Positions 18,060-27,734 of a DNA stretch of 64,000 nucleotides are shown here, one piece after another (the first letter of the stretch is position 1; every line of letters begins with the position of its first letter). Location of the stretch: NCBI GenBank assembly GCA_002418895.1, contig DIFA01000019.1, positions 21,891 through 85,890 on the forward strand. The letters are read 5' to 3'. The position numbers and the translations under genes were made by a program. Below the pieces are notes generated by a model. The model worked only from the letters and a program-made list of their open reading frames with translations. It ran no database searches and was not told where the DNA came from. Source of the DNA: Dehalococcoidia bacterium UBA5760 (GTDB lineage: Bacteria; Chloroflexota; Dehalococcoidia; Dehalococcoidales; UBA5760).

Positions 18060-20273
18060 CTAATTGTTTAGATTAGCTTGAGTCGAGGAGTTGGTTTTTG
18101 CAGTGGGTTCGCTTCCCACACGGGCAACGTTTATTACCCCCCTGATCCCCTCGATTTTTCCTAATATCCGGCTCAGCTGAGCCAGACCGTTTGTCTCCAA
18201 AGTAAAATATTCAGTGACAGTATTGTCATCATGTCGAACAGAACTAGCAGCGGCTATGTTGACCTTCTCTTCAGCCACGATTGTAGTAATGTCACGCATC
18301 ACTCCAACCCTATCCCAAGCATCAACACGGATATTGACTGGGTACAGCGCAGCGGTGCTTCCCCAATCCACCGAAATCAGCCTTTCTTGTTCGTCCTCGT
18401 GGATTATATTATAACAGTCCTGACGATGGATTGATACTCCGCGACTACGTGTGACATAGCCGATAATACTATCTCCGGGCACGGGATGACAACACTGGGC
18501 CAAATGGGTCAGCATATCTCCTGAACCCAGTACATTAACAGTCGGTACCGTTCGCTTGACCGGCATTACTCCCGTTGTTTCTTTCTGCTGTTCCTGTTGA
18601 GCAGATAATTTGACGGCAATCTGATGGGTAGAAATACCACCGTAGCCAATAGCTGCCAGAAACTCGTCCATATCGTCGTAGTTGAGCAGTTTGGCCAGCT
18701 CCTCCCGGCTGCTAAGTTTTATCCCCAGTCGCCTAATCTCTTTATCAAGTAGCTCACGACCACGCTCAATATTCTCCGTTCGCTCCTGTTTTCTGAACCA
18801 CTGTCGTATTTTCTCTCTGGCATGAGATGTTTGGACGTAACCCAATTGGGGATTCAACCAGTCCAGACTTGGTTTCTTATCACCCTTGGTAGTCATAATG
18901 TCTACGATGTCGCCATTCTGAATTTGATAATTAAGCGGTACCAGCCTACCGTTAACTCTAGCCCCTATACAGCGGTGTCCCAGCTCGGTATGGATACGAT
19001 AGGCAAAATCAAGTGGGGTAGCTCCCTTGGGCAGGTCCTTAATTTCGCCCTTAGGGGTATAAGCAAAAACCTGGTCAATGAATATATCAGTCTTGACCGA
19101 CTCCAGAAACTCTTCAGCACCACTTAGCTCACGCCGCCACTCAATCAGCTGACGAAGCCAACCTATTTTCTCCTCAAAGTGCAGGTCTTTCTTCTTCCCT
19201 TCCTTATAGCGCCAGTGAGCCGCTACACCGAACTCGGCAACACGGTGCATATCATAAGTACGAATCTGTATCTCCAGAGGAGTACCGCCATACATTACCA
19301 CTGTGTGCAAGGATTGATACCCGTTCGGTTTGGGATTAGCAATATAGTCATCGAAATCACCGGGTAAAGGACGCCACAAGTTATGGATAACACCTATAGC
19401 AGTGTAACAACAAGGTACGGTATCAACCAGTACTCGTATGGCAAGCAAGTCATGTATATTGTCAAAGGTTTTCCCCTGGGCGGCATAGTTATCCATTTTC
19501 TGATTTATACTGTAAATGTGCTTGGGCCGACCCGATATCTCGACTTTCAGACCTATACGATCAAACTCAGCCTCCAGGATTTGAATTACCTGGGCTATTA
19601 CGCTCTCCCGCCGGGCACGCCGGGCGGCAACCAGCCTGGCCACTTTTCGGTATTTCTCTGGCTCCAGATATCGGAAGGAGAGGTCCTCCATCTGCCATTT
19701 CAACTCCCATATACCCAGGCGGTGGGACAGTGGAGCATATATCTCCAGGGTTTCCCGCGCAATCCGGCGCTGCTTCTCCGAGGGCAATACACCCAGAGTG
19801 CGCATATTGTGCAATCTATCGGCCAGTTTTATGAACACTACGCGGAGGTCCTCCGCCATGGCTACCAGCATTTTCCTCAGATTTTCCGTCTGCTGTTCAC
19901 TTGTTCTGGATACGGAAACGCCATCTCCTGCTCCTGAAAAAGAAAGTTTGCTCAGCTTGGTAACACCATCGACCAGCCTGGCTATTTCGGATCCGAAGGT
20001 AATCTCAATATCGGAAAGCGGTATATCACAGTTCTCCAGGACATCATGCAGTAAGGCAGCAGCAATAGAGTTAGCATCAAGTTGGAGTTCTGCCAAGATT
20101 AACGCAGTCTGTATCGGGTGCTCCAGATAGGGTTCACCTGATATGCGTAACTGCCCCTCGTGGGCTTTCCGTGCAAAGTCATAGGCACTCTCGATCAGAG
20201 CTAGCTTCTCCGCCGGAAGATATTCCTCAACCTTGGCTTTTAGCTGACTGTAACTCACCACCCACCTTGCCAA
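18060..20273 (-). CDS. relA: bifunctional (p)ppGpp synthetase/hydrolase (RelA/SpoT homolog)
   Basis: 737 aa with HD hydrolase (HDVLED), RelA/SpoT synthetase, TGS and ACT-like regions. The start is non-ATG (TTG or GTG) and uncertain by a few codons. Confidence 0.9.
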   Translation of the reverse strand: MARWVVSYSQLKAKVEEYLPAEKLALIESAYDFARKAHEGQLRISGEPYLEHPIQTALILAELQLDANSIAAALLHDVLENCDIPLSDIEITFGSEIARLVDGVTKLSKLSFSGAGDGVSVSRTSEQQTENLRKMLVAMAEDLRVVFIKLADRLHNMRTLGVLPSEKQRRIARETLEIYAPLSHRLGIWELKWQMEDLSFRYLEPEKYRKVARLVAARRARRESVIAQVIQILEAEFDRIGLKVEISGRPKHIYSINQKMDNYAAQGKTFDNIHDLLAIRVLVDTVPCCYTAIGVIHNLWRPLPGDFDDYIANPKPNGYQSLHTVVMYGGTPLEIQIRTYDMHRVAEFGVAAHWRYKEGKKKDLHFEEKIGWLRQLIEWRRELSGAEEFLESVKTDIFIDQVFAYTPKGEIKDLPKGATPLDFAYRIHTELGHRCIGARVNGRLVPLNYQIQNGDIVDIMTTKGDKKPSLDWLNPQLGYVQTSHAREKIRQWFRKQERTENIERGRELLDKEIRRLGIKLSSREELAKLLNYDDMDEFLAAIGYGGISTHQIAVKLSAQQEQQKETTGVMPVKRTVPTVNVLGSGDMLTHLAQCCHPVPGDSIIGYVTRSRGVSIHRQDCYNIIHEDEQERLISVDWGSTAALYPVNIRVDAWDRVGVMRDITTIVAEEKVNIAAASSVRHDDNTVTEYFTLETNGLAQLSRILGKIEGIRGVINVARVGSEPTAKTNSSTQANLNN

Positions 20274-20386
20274 CCGATAGGATTAGTTAAGTATAGCGTA
20301 ACGCGTTTAACGGTGCAAAATCCACCTGACGCCTTATGGCCGATGCCAGAAGCAGCACGCTACCAGTATTCCACGATATAAACGTC

Positions 20387-21751
20387 CTACCTTGTGTTTC
20401 TCGTGTCGCCTCTTGCCAGCGAGGCAAAGATACCGGCAGTACACAGGGCAGTGAAAACTATGAATGCTATTTTGGTGCTGCTCAAAAATAACGGGTAGTG
20501 TTCCGGCGTAATTTCTACTCTGCCGATATATATGGTAAATAGCAGCATCGTAATTCCCATGCTGAAACTCATCCCAATCTGCCGCATAGTTGCCATTGTT
20601 GCTGAACCTACCCCGTAGAACCTTTGTTTCACAGAGCTCATTATGGCATTGGTATTGGGAGAAGTAAAAAGAGCAAAACCAGCGCCCATAAGGACCAGAA
20701 TACCGATGATAAAACCCAGACTACTATTTCCATTGACAAAAATAAGTACGGATAGCCCTATAGCATTAATCCCCATACCGATCGAGGCGAGTATCCTAGG
20801 TTCAATCCGATCGGAAAGTCTGCCGGCGAGCGGTGATAAAGCAGCCTGTACCACAGGCATAGCCACCAGAATGAGACCCGCATTTTGCGGATCAAGCCCT
20901 TTAATGTACTGCAAATACAAGCTTAACAGGAAACCAACAGCGAATAGAGCGCTGTAATTAAGCAAGGTTGCCAGGTTAGAGAAAGCAAAGACTCTGTTCT
21001 TTCTAAAGAGGCCAATATCCAGAAGCGGATGCTTGACCTTTATTCCTCGCCGGACAAAATAAAAGGCTCCGGATATGCCTGCTGCCAGTAGCCCGATGCC
21101 CAGGGCATCGGGTAGCCGGGAAAAACCATATATTATGCCTACCAGAGTAAGCCCATAGATTACGGCACCACCATGATCGAATTTCTCTTCTTTTGCCTCA
21201 GCCCATTCCCCCTTCATTTTCCATAGAATCAGGATAATTATTATTATGCCCAGAGGTATCGTAGCCAGGAAGATACTTCTCCAGCCGAAGTGCTGAGTCA
21301 ACAGTCCACCAAGTACAGGGCCGAGCGAAAGTCCTGAGTATGTCATAGCGACGCTTATACCCAGTGCCTTACCCCTCTCCCCTGATGGAAACACCGAAGT
21401 CACGATAGCCAACCCGGTAGCGAATATCATAGCGCTGCCGATACCCTGGACAAAACGTAATGAAATCAGCAGATTAGCAGAATGGACAAACGACAAGAGG
21501 AGAGATGAAATGGTATAGATGATTACACCATAGGTAAGAATCTTCTTTCGTCCCCGTATATCAGAGAGGCGTCCAAACGGCACCAAGGACATTACTGAGG
21601 CCAGAATGAAAGAGGTAGTGACCCAGCCCAACGAAACGGCATCCATGTGGAGTTCTCTGCCAATCGAGGGCAGAGCTATGTTAACTGCAGAACCCATAAA
21701 TGCTGCTAAGAAAAAGCTTAACGAGACAACAACCAGAGTTATTCTTCTCAT
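20387..21751 (-). CDS. MFS transporter (drug:H+ antiporter-like)
   Basis: 454 aa and multi-TM throughout, with the LSDIRGRKK loop motif between the early TM segments typical of MFS. Confidence 0.85.
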   Translation of the reverse strand: MRRITLVVVSLSFFLAAFMGSAVNIALPSIGRELHMDAVSLGWVTTSFILASVMSLVPFGRLSDIRGRKKILTYGVIIYTISSLLLSFVHSANLLISLRFVQGIGSAMIFATGLAIVTSVFPSGERGKALGISVAMTYSGLSLGPVLGGLLTQHFGWRSIFLATIPLGIIIIILILWKMKGEWAEAKEEKFDHGGAVIYGLTLVGIIYGFSRLPDALGIGLLAAGISGAFYFVRRGIKVKHPLLDIGLFRKNRVFAFSNLATLLNYSALFAVGFLLSLYLQYIKGLDPQNAGLILVAMPVVQAALSPLAGRLSDRIEPRILASIGMGINAIGLSVLIFVNGNSSLGFIIGILVLMGAGFALFTSPNTNAIMSSVKQRFYGVGSATMATMRQIGMSFSMGITMLLFTIYIGRVEITPEHYPLFLSSTKIAFIVFTALCTAGIFASLARGDTRNTR

Positions 21752-22241
21752 TTTTTACTCGCTGTCATGTTAATCTTTACCCCGGCATTATATCGTCATT
21801 TATAGTAACACAACCCGGACTACCCCATCTTTCTACGCAATCCAGATGTTTCATGCTAACCTTTTACCATACCCGGCGTTATACATTGTAGGAACCGGGA
21901 GGCAAGCCAGTATTATGATCGTAGAAGCAATCTACTACTTGAAAAGGATTCTGTTTCGGTTACGGTGGTTCATTATGTCTGATAGGGAGAGGTATGCCTA
22001 TCTGTGGAACCGAACCAGAGATAGTCTACAGGGGTGCTCGAGGTGAGAGGAGGAGTCTACATATTTATCTCACTCTGAGCTACGGCAAACCGATATGCAA
22101 TATCTTATGGCTAGAGTTTGCTAGAAGGGATTAATAGAAAAGCTCTCCGCAGCTATGAATGGACAGTACAACATGGTTACGCAGTATATACTGTAATTTA
22201 ACTGACTTGTATTAATATCGGGCAATTAGATCGGCCCGATA

Positions 22242-23408
22242 TTATATTCTTGTGCCAGCATTACTGGCGGCATAAAATTCCCTGGCTCTAAACATGCTGC
22301 TGCTGGTCAACTCACCCAGCAGACTTTTGAGCACGGATATATATTTATCCTCTTCGTCATGATCAATCGTAACAACTTTATCGGCTACTTCCTGACAATA
22401 ATTACAGTTATTGCATCCAGAGAGACAATCCTTTTTCTTAAAAAATTCAATGAAACCGTCCAGGGACTGGTTATCAATATACACCCTCGGCGGTGAAGCG
22501 ATTGCGTTTGTTCTGACCCCGGGCAGATTCGAATCTGCGCTCCTTAACTTAGAGGTGAGCGCACTTAATATATCGTACAGATTACCCGGATAACTCAAAG
22601 AAGCATATGCCTTGGCAGCATTCAAAATCCACTTTGTTGACATCGCTCTGCCACCGATTTTGAAGAAATCAATACCCATCTCCTGGTAGATATGTATATC
22701 TTCCGGCCTTATCCAGCGAGACTTAATAAGCTGGGACTTATCGGTAAGGCTACTCAGTGCACAATGAAGCACGCAATAATCCATATAGAAACCATGGAGC
22801 GGGTTTTGTCCTTGGCTGGCATGCCCCAGGGTATTGTTATGATAATACTCGTAGGGACACTGGTAAAGACAAAGGCTGTTGGTCAACACTCCAAGCTCAC
22901 ATTTTACCGAGCTTCTAATCGCTTTAAGAAGCCTGAAATCACGGTTAACATTAGAGTCCAGCATAATGGCATCAACCCCCAGGGACTCAAGGAAATTCGC
23001 CCGGGCAACGCTGTTTACGTGGGTTATGGTTGACGCCTCTACCTTAAGGTTGGGAAACTGACGCTTGATAAGCTCTATCAAGTACGGGATAGCGACGGTA
23101 ACGCTATCCACCCCGATATCACTCAACCACCCCAGGTGCTGCAGTAACTCACGGTGAGTGTCTTCATGCCACTCCATATTGTTGAGGCAAGGAGCATTAA
23201 GAAGATAATTGAACTTGAAACCGGCGGAATGCACCAGCCTGATATATTCTTCGGCACAACTTACCGTCATCTGGGGAATATCAGGACCGGAGCCTCCGCT
23301 CCCGATCATTGAGGTAGGCAAAACGCCATATAATTGAATATCTGCCTTCGTCTCACTCAGAAGGGGTATCAGATCCCTATCCCAGTTCGTTGGCAATAAT
23401 AACTGCAT
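22242..23408 (-). CDS. divergent U32-family (collagenase-like TIM-barrel) protein with extra Cys clusters
   Basis: 388 aa. By-eye architecture match to U32 (NYLLNAP...VDSVTVAIPYL...STITHVNS...LDSNVNRDF...). It has CLYQC...CVLHC cysteines plus a C-terminal CLSGCNNCNYC. The family call comes from recalled patterns, not from a search. Confidence 0.65.
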   Translation of the reverse strand: MQLLLPTNWDRDLIPLLSETKADIQLYGVLPTSMIGSGGSGPDIPQMTVSCAEEYIRLVHSAGFKFNYLLNAPCLNNMEWHEDTHRELLQHLGWLSDIGVDSVTVAIPYLIELIKRQFPNLKVEASTITHVNSVARANFLESLGVDAIMLDSNVNRDFRLLKAIRSSVKCELGVLTNSLCLYQCPYEYYHNNTLGHASQGQNPLHGFYMDYCVLHCALSSLTDKSQLIKSRWIRPEDIHIYQEMGIDFFKIGGRAMSTKWILNAAKAYASLSYPGNLYDILSALTSKLRSADSNLPGVRTNAIASPPRVYIDNQSLDGFIEFFKKKDCLSGCNNCNYCQEVADKVVTIDHDEEDKYISVLKSLLGELTSSSMFRAREFYAASNAGTRI

Positions 23409-23450
23409 ATCTATTTCACTTTGAGGTTGACGGTAAAAGCTGTTCTAAAG

Positions 23451-23479
23451 ATACTACATATAGAACAACATTTTGTCAA
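23451..23479 (-). promoter_or_regulatory. candidate promoter of the U32-family gene
   Basis: The minus strand reads TTGACA, a 17-nt spacer, then TAGTAT, about 40 nt upstream of ATG 23408. Confidence 0.5.
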
Positions 23480-23647
23480 GACCCAAAATGCTCACTTTCA
23501 AAAATACCAACAGGCCAGCGTTACAGAATGCACCTTATAACTAGAAGTAGCGTTATTGCACAATAACTAGCCTTGTAATATATTATATTGAGAGAAACAG
23601 TTTGTCAATACGTAAATCAATTATTTACTGATTTGTGAGGATTTGCC

Positions 23648-25138
23648 GTGAATCTTAAGGAAGTACTGGAGGTTACCGCCCGTGAGGTACCGCAACGAAC
23701 TGCCCTCGTTTTTGGCCCGCAGAAAATTTCCTACCGAGAGTTAGACACGGCTGCTAACAGGGTAGCCAATACGTTGATTGGATTAGGGGTAAAGAAAAGT
23801 GACCATGTTGCTATCTTAATGTCCCATAACCCCGATTGGGTTATTAGCTACTTCGGCATTATCAAAACTGGCGGCGTAGCCATACTGCTAAGTCCTATGC
23901 TGAAAGCGCCCGAGCTTGCTTCCCTGCTACGTGATTCTGATGCCGGGGTACTGATCACGGAAAGAAGACTATCCCGGATGCTTACTACCTTCCGACCCGA
24001 TATCCCACGGCTACAGCATGTCCTAGATGTCGACAGTGAAACTTACAAATCAATGCTAGCGAAAGTCTCTGTGGTATCTCCAGACGTCAACATTAATAAC
24101 GATGATACGGCTACTATTATATATACGTCAGGAGTATTGGGCAGGCAAAAAGGGGTAGTACATACCCATGCTTCTCTTATGGGAACACCTGACATAGTAT
24201 CCGCAGGACTTCATAGAGTCAGAGACGACGTGGTTATCGACCCGGTTCCCTTTTTCTACCTCCTGGGATTAAGCGAACTCCTTTTCGGATCGATCATAAA
24301 AGGGTCTACTGTAGTAATAATCCCCCGTTTCACTCCCAGGTCCGTTCTAGAGGCCGTAGAGCGGGAAAAAGGTAGTATCCTCTTCGGAGTTCCGGCAATG
24401 TACAATGCTTTAGCCATGCTGCCGGATAAGGTCATCAGTGATTACGACCTTAGTTCGTTGAGAGTTGCCTCTTCAGCCGGGGCGAAGTCATCACCACATC
24501 TCATGGGGATACTGGAGAACAAGCTCAATCTGACTTTCTGCGAAACGTACGGTCTTTCGGAACTTTCCGTTGTTTCTATGAGCACTTTTGATAACCACAA
24601 ACTGGGTACCGTGGGCAAACCGATCTGCGATCTCAGGATAGTTGCCGATAACGGAGAGGAGGTTGCTCCCGGTGAGGTAGGAGAGGCTGTTTTCAAGGCC
24701 CCCTGGATGATGAAGGAATACTATAATGCCCCCGAACTCACGACTCAGGTCATTAGAGACGGCTGGTTTTATACCGGAGATTTGGTCCGTGTGGATGAAG
24801 ATGACTACCTTGAATATGTAGAAAAGAAATCATTCATAATAGTAACCCAGTCAGGATTAAAAATATCCCCATGGGATGTCGAGGATGTGCTCTTAAGTCA
24901 TCCCGCTGTCGCTGAAGCAGCCTATGTTGGGGTTGGCTGTGTCTCCGATGAACTTATTCCTACTGCCTTTATCGTCCTCAAGGAAGGACAGGTTGCCAGC
25001 GAAGCAGCAATGGCCGCTTTCTGCCGCCAGAACCTGGCTGACTTCAAATTACCCAAGAAGTTTGAGTTCGTGGACAATATACCCAGGACCGGCTCCGGGA
25101 AAATTATGAGGCAACTGCTCAAAGAGAGACAGGGCTGA
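23648..25138 (+). CDS. AMP-dependent acyl-CoA ligase/synthetase
   Basis: 496 aa with a GTG start after GAGGA. The AMP-binding motif is IIYTSGVLGRQKGV. It also has a YTGD motif and a C-terminal GKIMRQ lysine motif. Confidence 0.85.
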   Translation: MNLKEVLEVTAREVPQRTALVFGPQKISYRELDTAANRVANTLIGLGVKKSDHVAILMSHNPDWVISYFGIIKTGGVAILLSPMLKAPELASLLRDSDAGVLITERRLSRMLTTFRPDIPRLQHVLDVDSETYKSMLAKVSVVSPDVNINNDDTATIIYTSGVLGRQKGVVHTHASLMGTPDIVSAGLHRVRDDVVIDPVPFFYLLGLSELLFGSIIKGSTVVIIPRFTPRSVLEAVEREKGSILFGVPAMYNALAMLPDKVISDYDLSSLRVASSAGAKSSPHLMGILENKLNLTFCETYGLSELSVVSMSTFDNHKLGTVGKPICDLRIVADNGEEVAPGEVGEAVFKAPWMMKEYYNAPELTTQVIRDGWFYTGDLVRVDEDDYLEYVEKKSFIIVTQSGLKISPWDVEDVLLSHPAVAEAAYVGVGCVSDELIPTAFIVLKEGQVASEAAMAAFCRQNLADFKLPKKFEFVDNIPRTGSGKIMRQLLKERQG

Positions 25139-25286
25139 AATCCTGCACCTTGAGCGTATTGCGTTGTTTTTCTTGCCTTGGCTCCACCACAAGTATTCTA
25201 TATCAGAAGGACCGCCACAATAGTCCCGCTATTCCGTACTCCCGGTACTACCACCAACATTGTATAATCACGGGTCAAACGAGATT

Positions 25287-26174
25287 CTATTTCTCCTTCT
25301 TTATCCACATCCTCTCACCATCGGTGATAAATTCGATTGTGCCGTCATCACTGGTACGGTATATATTTCCCATACCTGTCTTTTCTGCCAGACTGGTTAT
25401 TACCTTATCGGCAGGATGACCATATTCATTATCAGCGCCTACTGATATGACAGCTATTCGGGGATTAACCACAGCCAGGAACTGGGGTGTAGTAGAAGTG
25501 GCAGAGCCGTGATGACCAACTTTGAGTACCGTGCTGTTTAGCTTGGCCCGGCCGTGTATCAGCTCAAGTTCGACTTCCCACATTGTATCAGCCGTAAGCA
25601 GGAAGCTTATCTCATCCATGCTCAGACGTAATACCATGCCATTGTTATCAATGTCGGATTCAGTGCCAGTCAAAAGAGGCCGGGGAGGATTGAGTACCTC
25701 CAGTAATACTCCACCACCCAGGTCAATTTGCTGTCCGGCTCGGGCAAAACTGCATCTATTCCCCTTCTGCCCGACTAACCGGAGCCACTCATTATATATC
25801 CCGGACACGTAGGCTAAATCAGAGTAGAGCACCTGCTCGACATTGTATCTATTTAATACTTCCACCAGGCCGGTAACATGATCGGCGCTAGGGTGAGTCA
25901 ACACTACCATTTCGATAGTCCTGTCCCAAAAGGGCATTTTTTTGCCCAACTCCAAACCGATTGCCTGCGGGCTGGGGCCGCCATCAATCAGCACTTGCTG
26001 ATTACCTCTCTGAATAAGGATAGCGTCACCCTGTCCGACGTCAAGAAAACTGACGCGGAGCTTGTCATCCGGTGCAGTAACCCCAAAAAGCCATAACAAC
26101 ATAGCTACGACTGCCAGGGATAATAGCACCCACTTGATATATGTTTTGGGAATGAAATCAGATAACTTGTTCAT
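25287..26174 (-). CDS. ComEC-type metallo-beta-lactamase domain protein (separate ORF)
   Basis: 295 aa with an N-terminal TM helix, then VSFLDVGQGDA, THPSADHVTG and GHHGS motifs typical of the ComEC C-terminal MBL domain. Confidence 0.8.
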   Translation of the reverse strand: MNKLSDFIPKTYIKWVLLSLAVVAMLLWLFGVTAPDDKLRVSFLDVGQGDAILIQRGNQQVLIDGGPSPQAIGLELGKKMPFWDRTIEMVVLTHPSADHVTGLVEVLNRYNVEQVLYSDLAYVSGIYNEWLRLVGQKGNRCSFARAGQQIDLGGGVLLEVLNPPRPLLTGTESDIDNNGMVLRLSMDEISFLLTADTMWEVELELIHGRAKLNSTVLKVGHHGSATSTTPQFLAVVNPRIAVISVGADNEYGHPADKVITSLAEKTGMGNIYRTSDDGTIEFITDGERMWIKKEK

Positions 26175-27717
26175 CCCGATCCTGTCCCGGTTTCAGAAAT
26201 TTGACGGCGAGGGTAGTTACTTTACGGCGGTTGCTACTAAAGAAGATAGCCAGTGCTAAGGCTAGATAGTAAATCCAGACCGCACTTAAGTTAAGGGAAA
26301 TATCCAGGGAGGACAATGGGATAGCGGCGAAGGCTCTGATCACCAGCAAGAGGTAGGATAAAAAAAGCCAGGTTAACCACCCGATAACCTGAGCTACGGG
26401 GAGGACAAAGAACCCCAGAACACCGGATATAGCGCTGCCGGTAATAGCACCGGGCAGGGCGGGGAGGGCAAGCAAGGTAGCCGGGATAGTTACAAATGAG
26501 ACAATACCGAAGTAGTAAGCGATTAGCGGACCAACTCCGATAATAGCCCCCAGGCTTATACTAACGCCATCGCTGATAAAATTAGCCGCCGTTACTATCG
26601 GTCTGTCTTCACCCATGGTGGCTCTGATGGCTTTTCTACCTAAAGTTTGGAGGAAAGGAGCAATCAGGATCAGGCCAGACATAGCCGCAAAGCTCATCTG
26701 GAAGGAGGCCGTCCACATGATTTGTGGTTCGATGGCTACCATAATAGCAGCAGCGAAGGTAAGAGCAATGATGGCGCTGCGCTGCCTGCCGATAATATCG
26801 GCAGCAAGAAACAGGCTGGCCATAATTGCCGCCCGGACTATTGGCGGGTGCATCCCGCTGATTAGGGTATAAAACCAGATTGCAACCAGCGCCAGCCAGA
26901 TGTAGAGATAGTACCTTCTCCCCCAGAGCCAAATACCGGCGCCGAGCAGGACACCGGCTAGAATACTGAGATGAAGGCCGGAAATAGCCAGCAGGTGGGT
27001 AGTGCTGGTACGGGAGAAATCATCCTTGATCGATAGGGGAATATTCCCCCTGATGCCCAGAGTGACAGCCTGAGCCATTGACGCCTGGGGCTCAGGCAAA
27101 ACCTGAATCAAGGTTTGGGACATCCGGTTTCTTATCGAATAAACCCGGGCCAGTGGTTTAAGCCCCTTTTCTCTCGCTAGAATTTCTATTTCAGGGTAGG
27201 ACATCAATGAATAAACCCCCTGGTGGGCAAGGTAAGACCGGTAATCAAAGTCATTAACCGGGAGGGGTGTCTCAAGCTTCCCTGTAATCAGGAGTACATC
27301 ACCATACTTATAGGCGGGATATCGCGGTACAAACAGCAACGCGGTACCTGATACCTTGTGCCATTTTTCGCCAGATCTCACTCCTTCGACCGACAAGCGT
27401 ATTTGAGTAGTTTTATCCCTGACATCCGGATCAGCGCCAACGATTCCCTTGACCGTAACCGTTTCCTGGTTATTGTAGAAGCACAGTTGATTTTCATCAA
27501 TAGCGGGCTGACTTGCCTCAAACCTGATGACACCCCCCAAAAAAGCGACAAGACAGAGGCCGACTAAGATAATTGCTTTCTTACGATGGCGGAGCCGAAG
27601 AACCAGAAGGAGAGGAATAAGCCCGGTGAGAAGAATGATCGGTGGTGGGCTAAATTCCAGCCATCCGCCCAAAAAGATGCCGGCTAGCCAAGCACAGCTA
27701 AGATAAATAAGTGCCAA
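26158..27717 (-). CDS. comEC: ComEC/Rec2 competence channel protein (OB/DUF4131 plus competence TM domain)
   Basis: 519 aa and polytopic, with an N-terminal OB-like region and the THLLAISGLHL competence-domain motif. It ends 17 nt inside the next ORF. Confidence 0.85.
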   Translation of the reverse strand: MALIYLSCAWLAGIFLGGWLEFSPPPIILLTGLIPLLLVLRLRHRKKAIILVGLCLVAFLGGVIRFEASQPAIDENQLCFYNNQETVTVKGIVGADPDVRDKTTQIRLSVEGVRSGEKWHKVSGTALLFVPRYPAYKYGDVLLITGKLETPLPVNDFDYRSYLAHQGVYSLMSYPEIEILAREKGLKPLARVYSIRNRMSQTLIQVLPEPQASMAQAVTLGIRGNIPLSIKDDFSRTSTTHLLAISGLHLSILAGVLLGAGIWLWGRRYYLYIWLALVAIWFYTLISGMHPPIVRAAIMASLFLAADIIGRQRSAIIALTFAAAIMVAIEPQIMWTASFQMSFAAMSGLILIAPFLQTLGRKAIRATMGEDRPIVTAANFISDGVSISLGAIIGVGPLIAYYFGIVSFVTIPATLLALPALPGAITGSAISGVLGFFVLPVAQVIGWLTWLFLSYLLLVIRAFAAIPLSSLDISLNLSAVWIYYLALALAIFFSSNRRKVTTLAVKFLKPGQDRDEQVI

Positions 27718-27734
27718 TGTACGTCATCCTGGAT

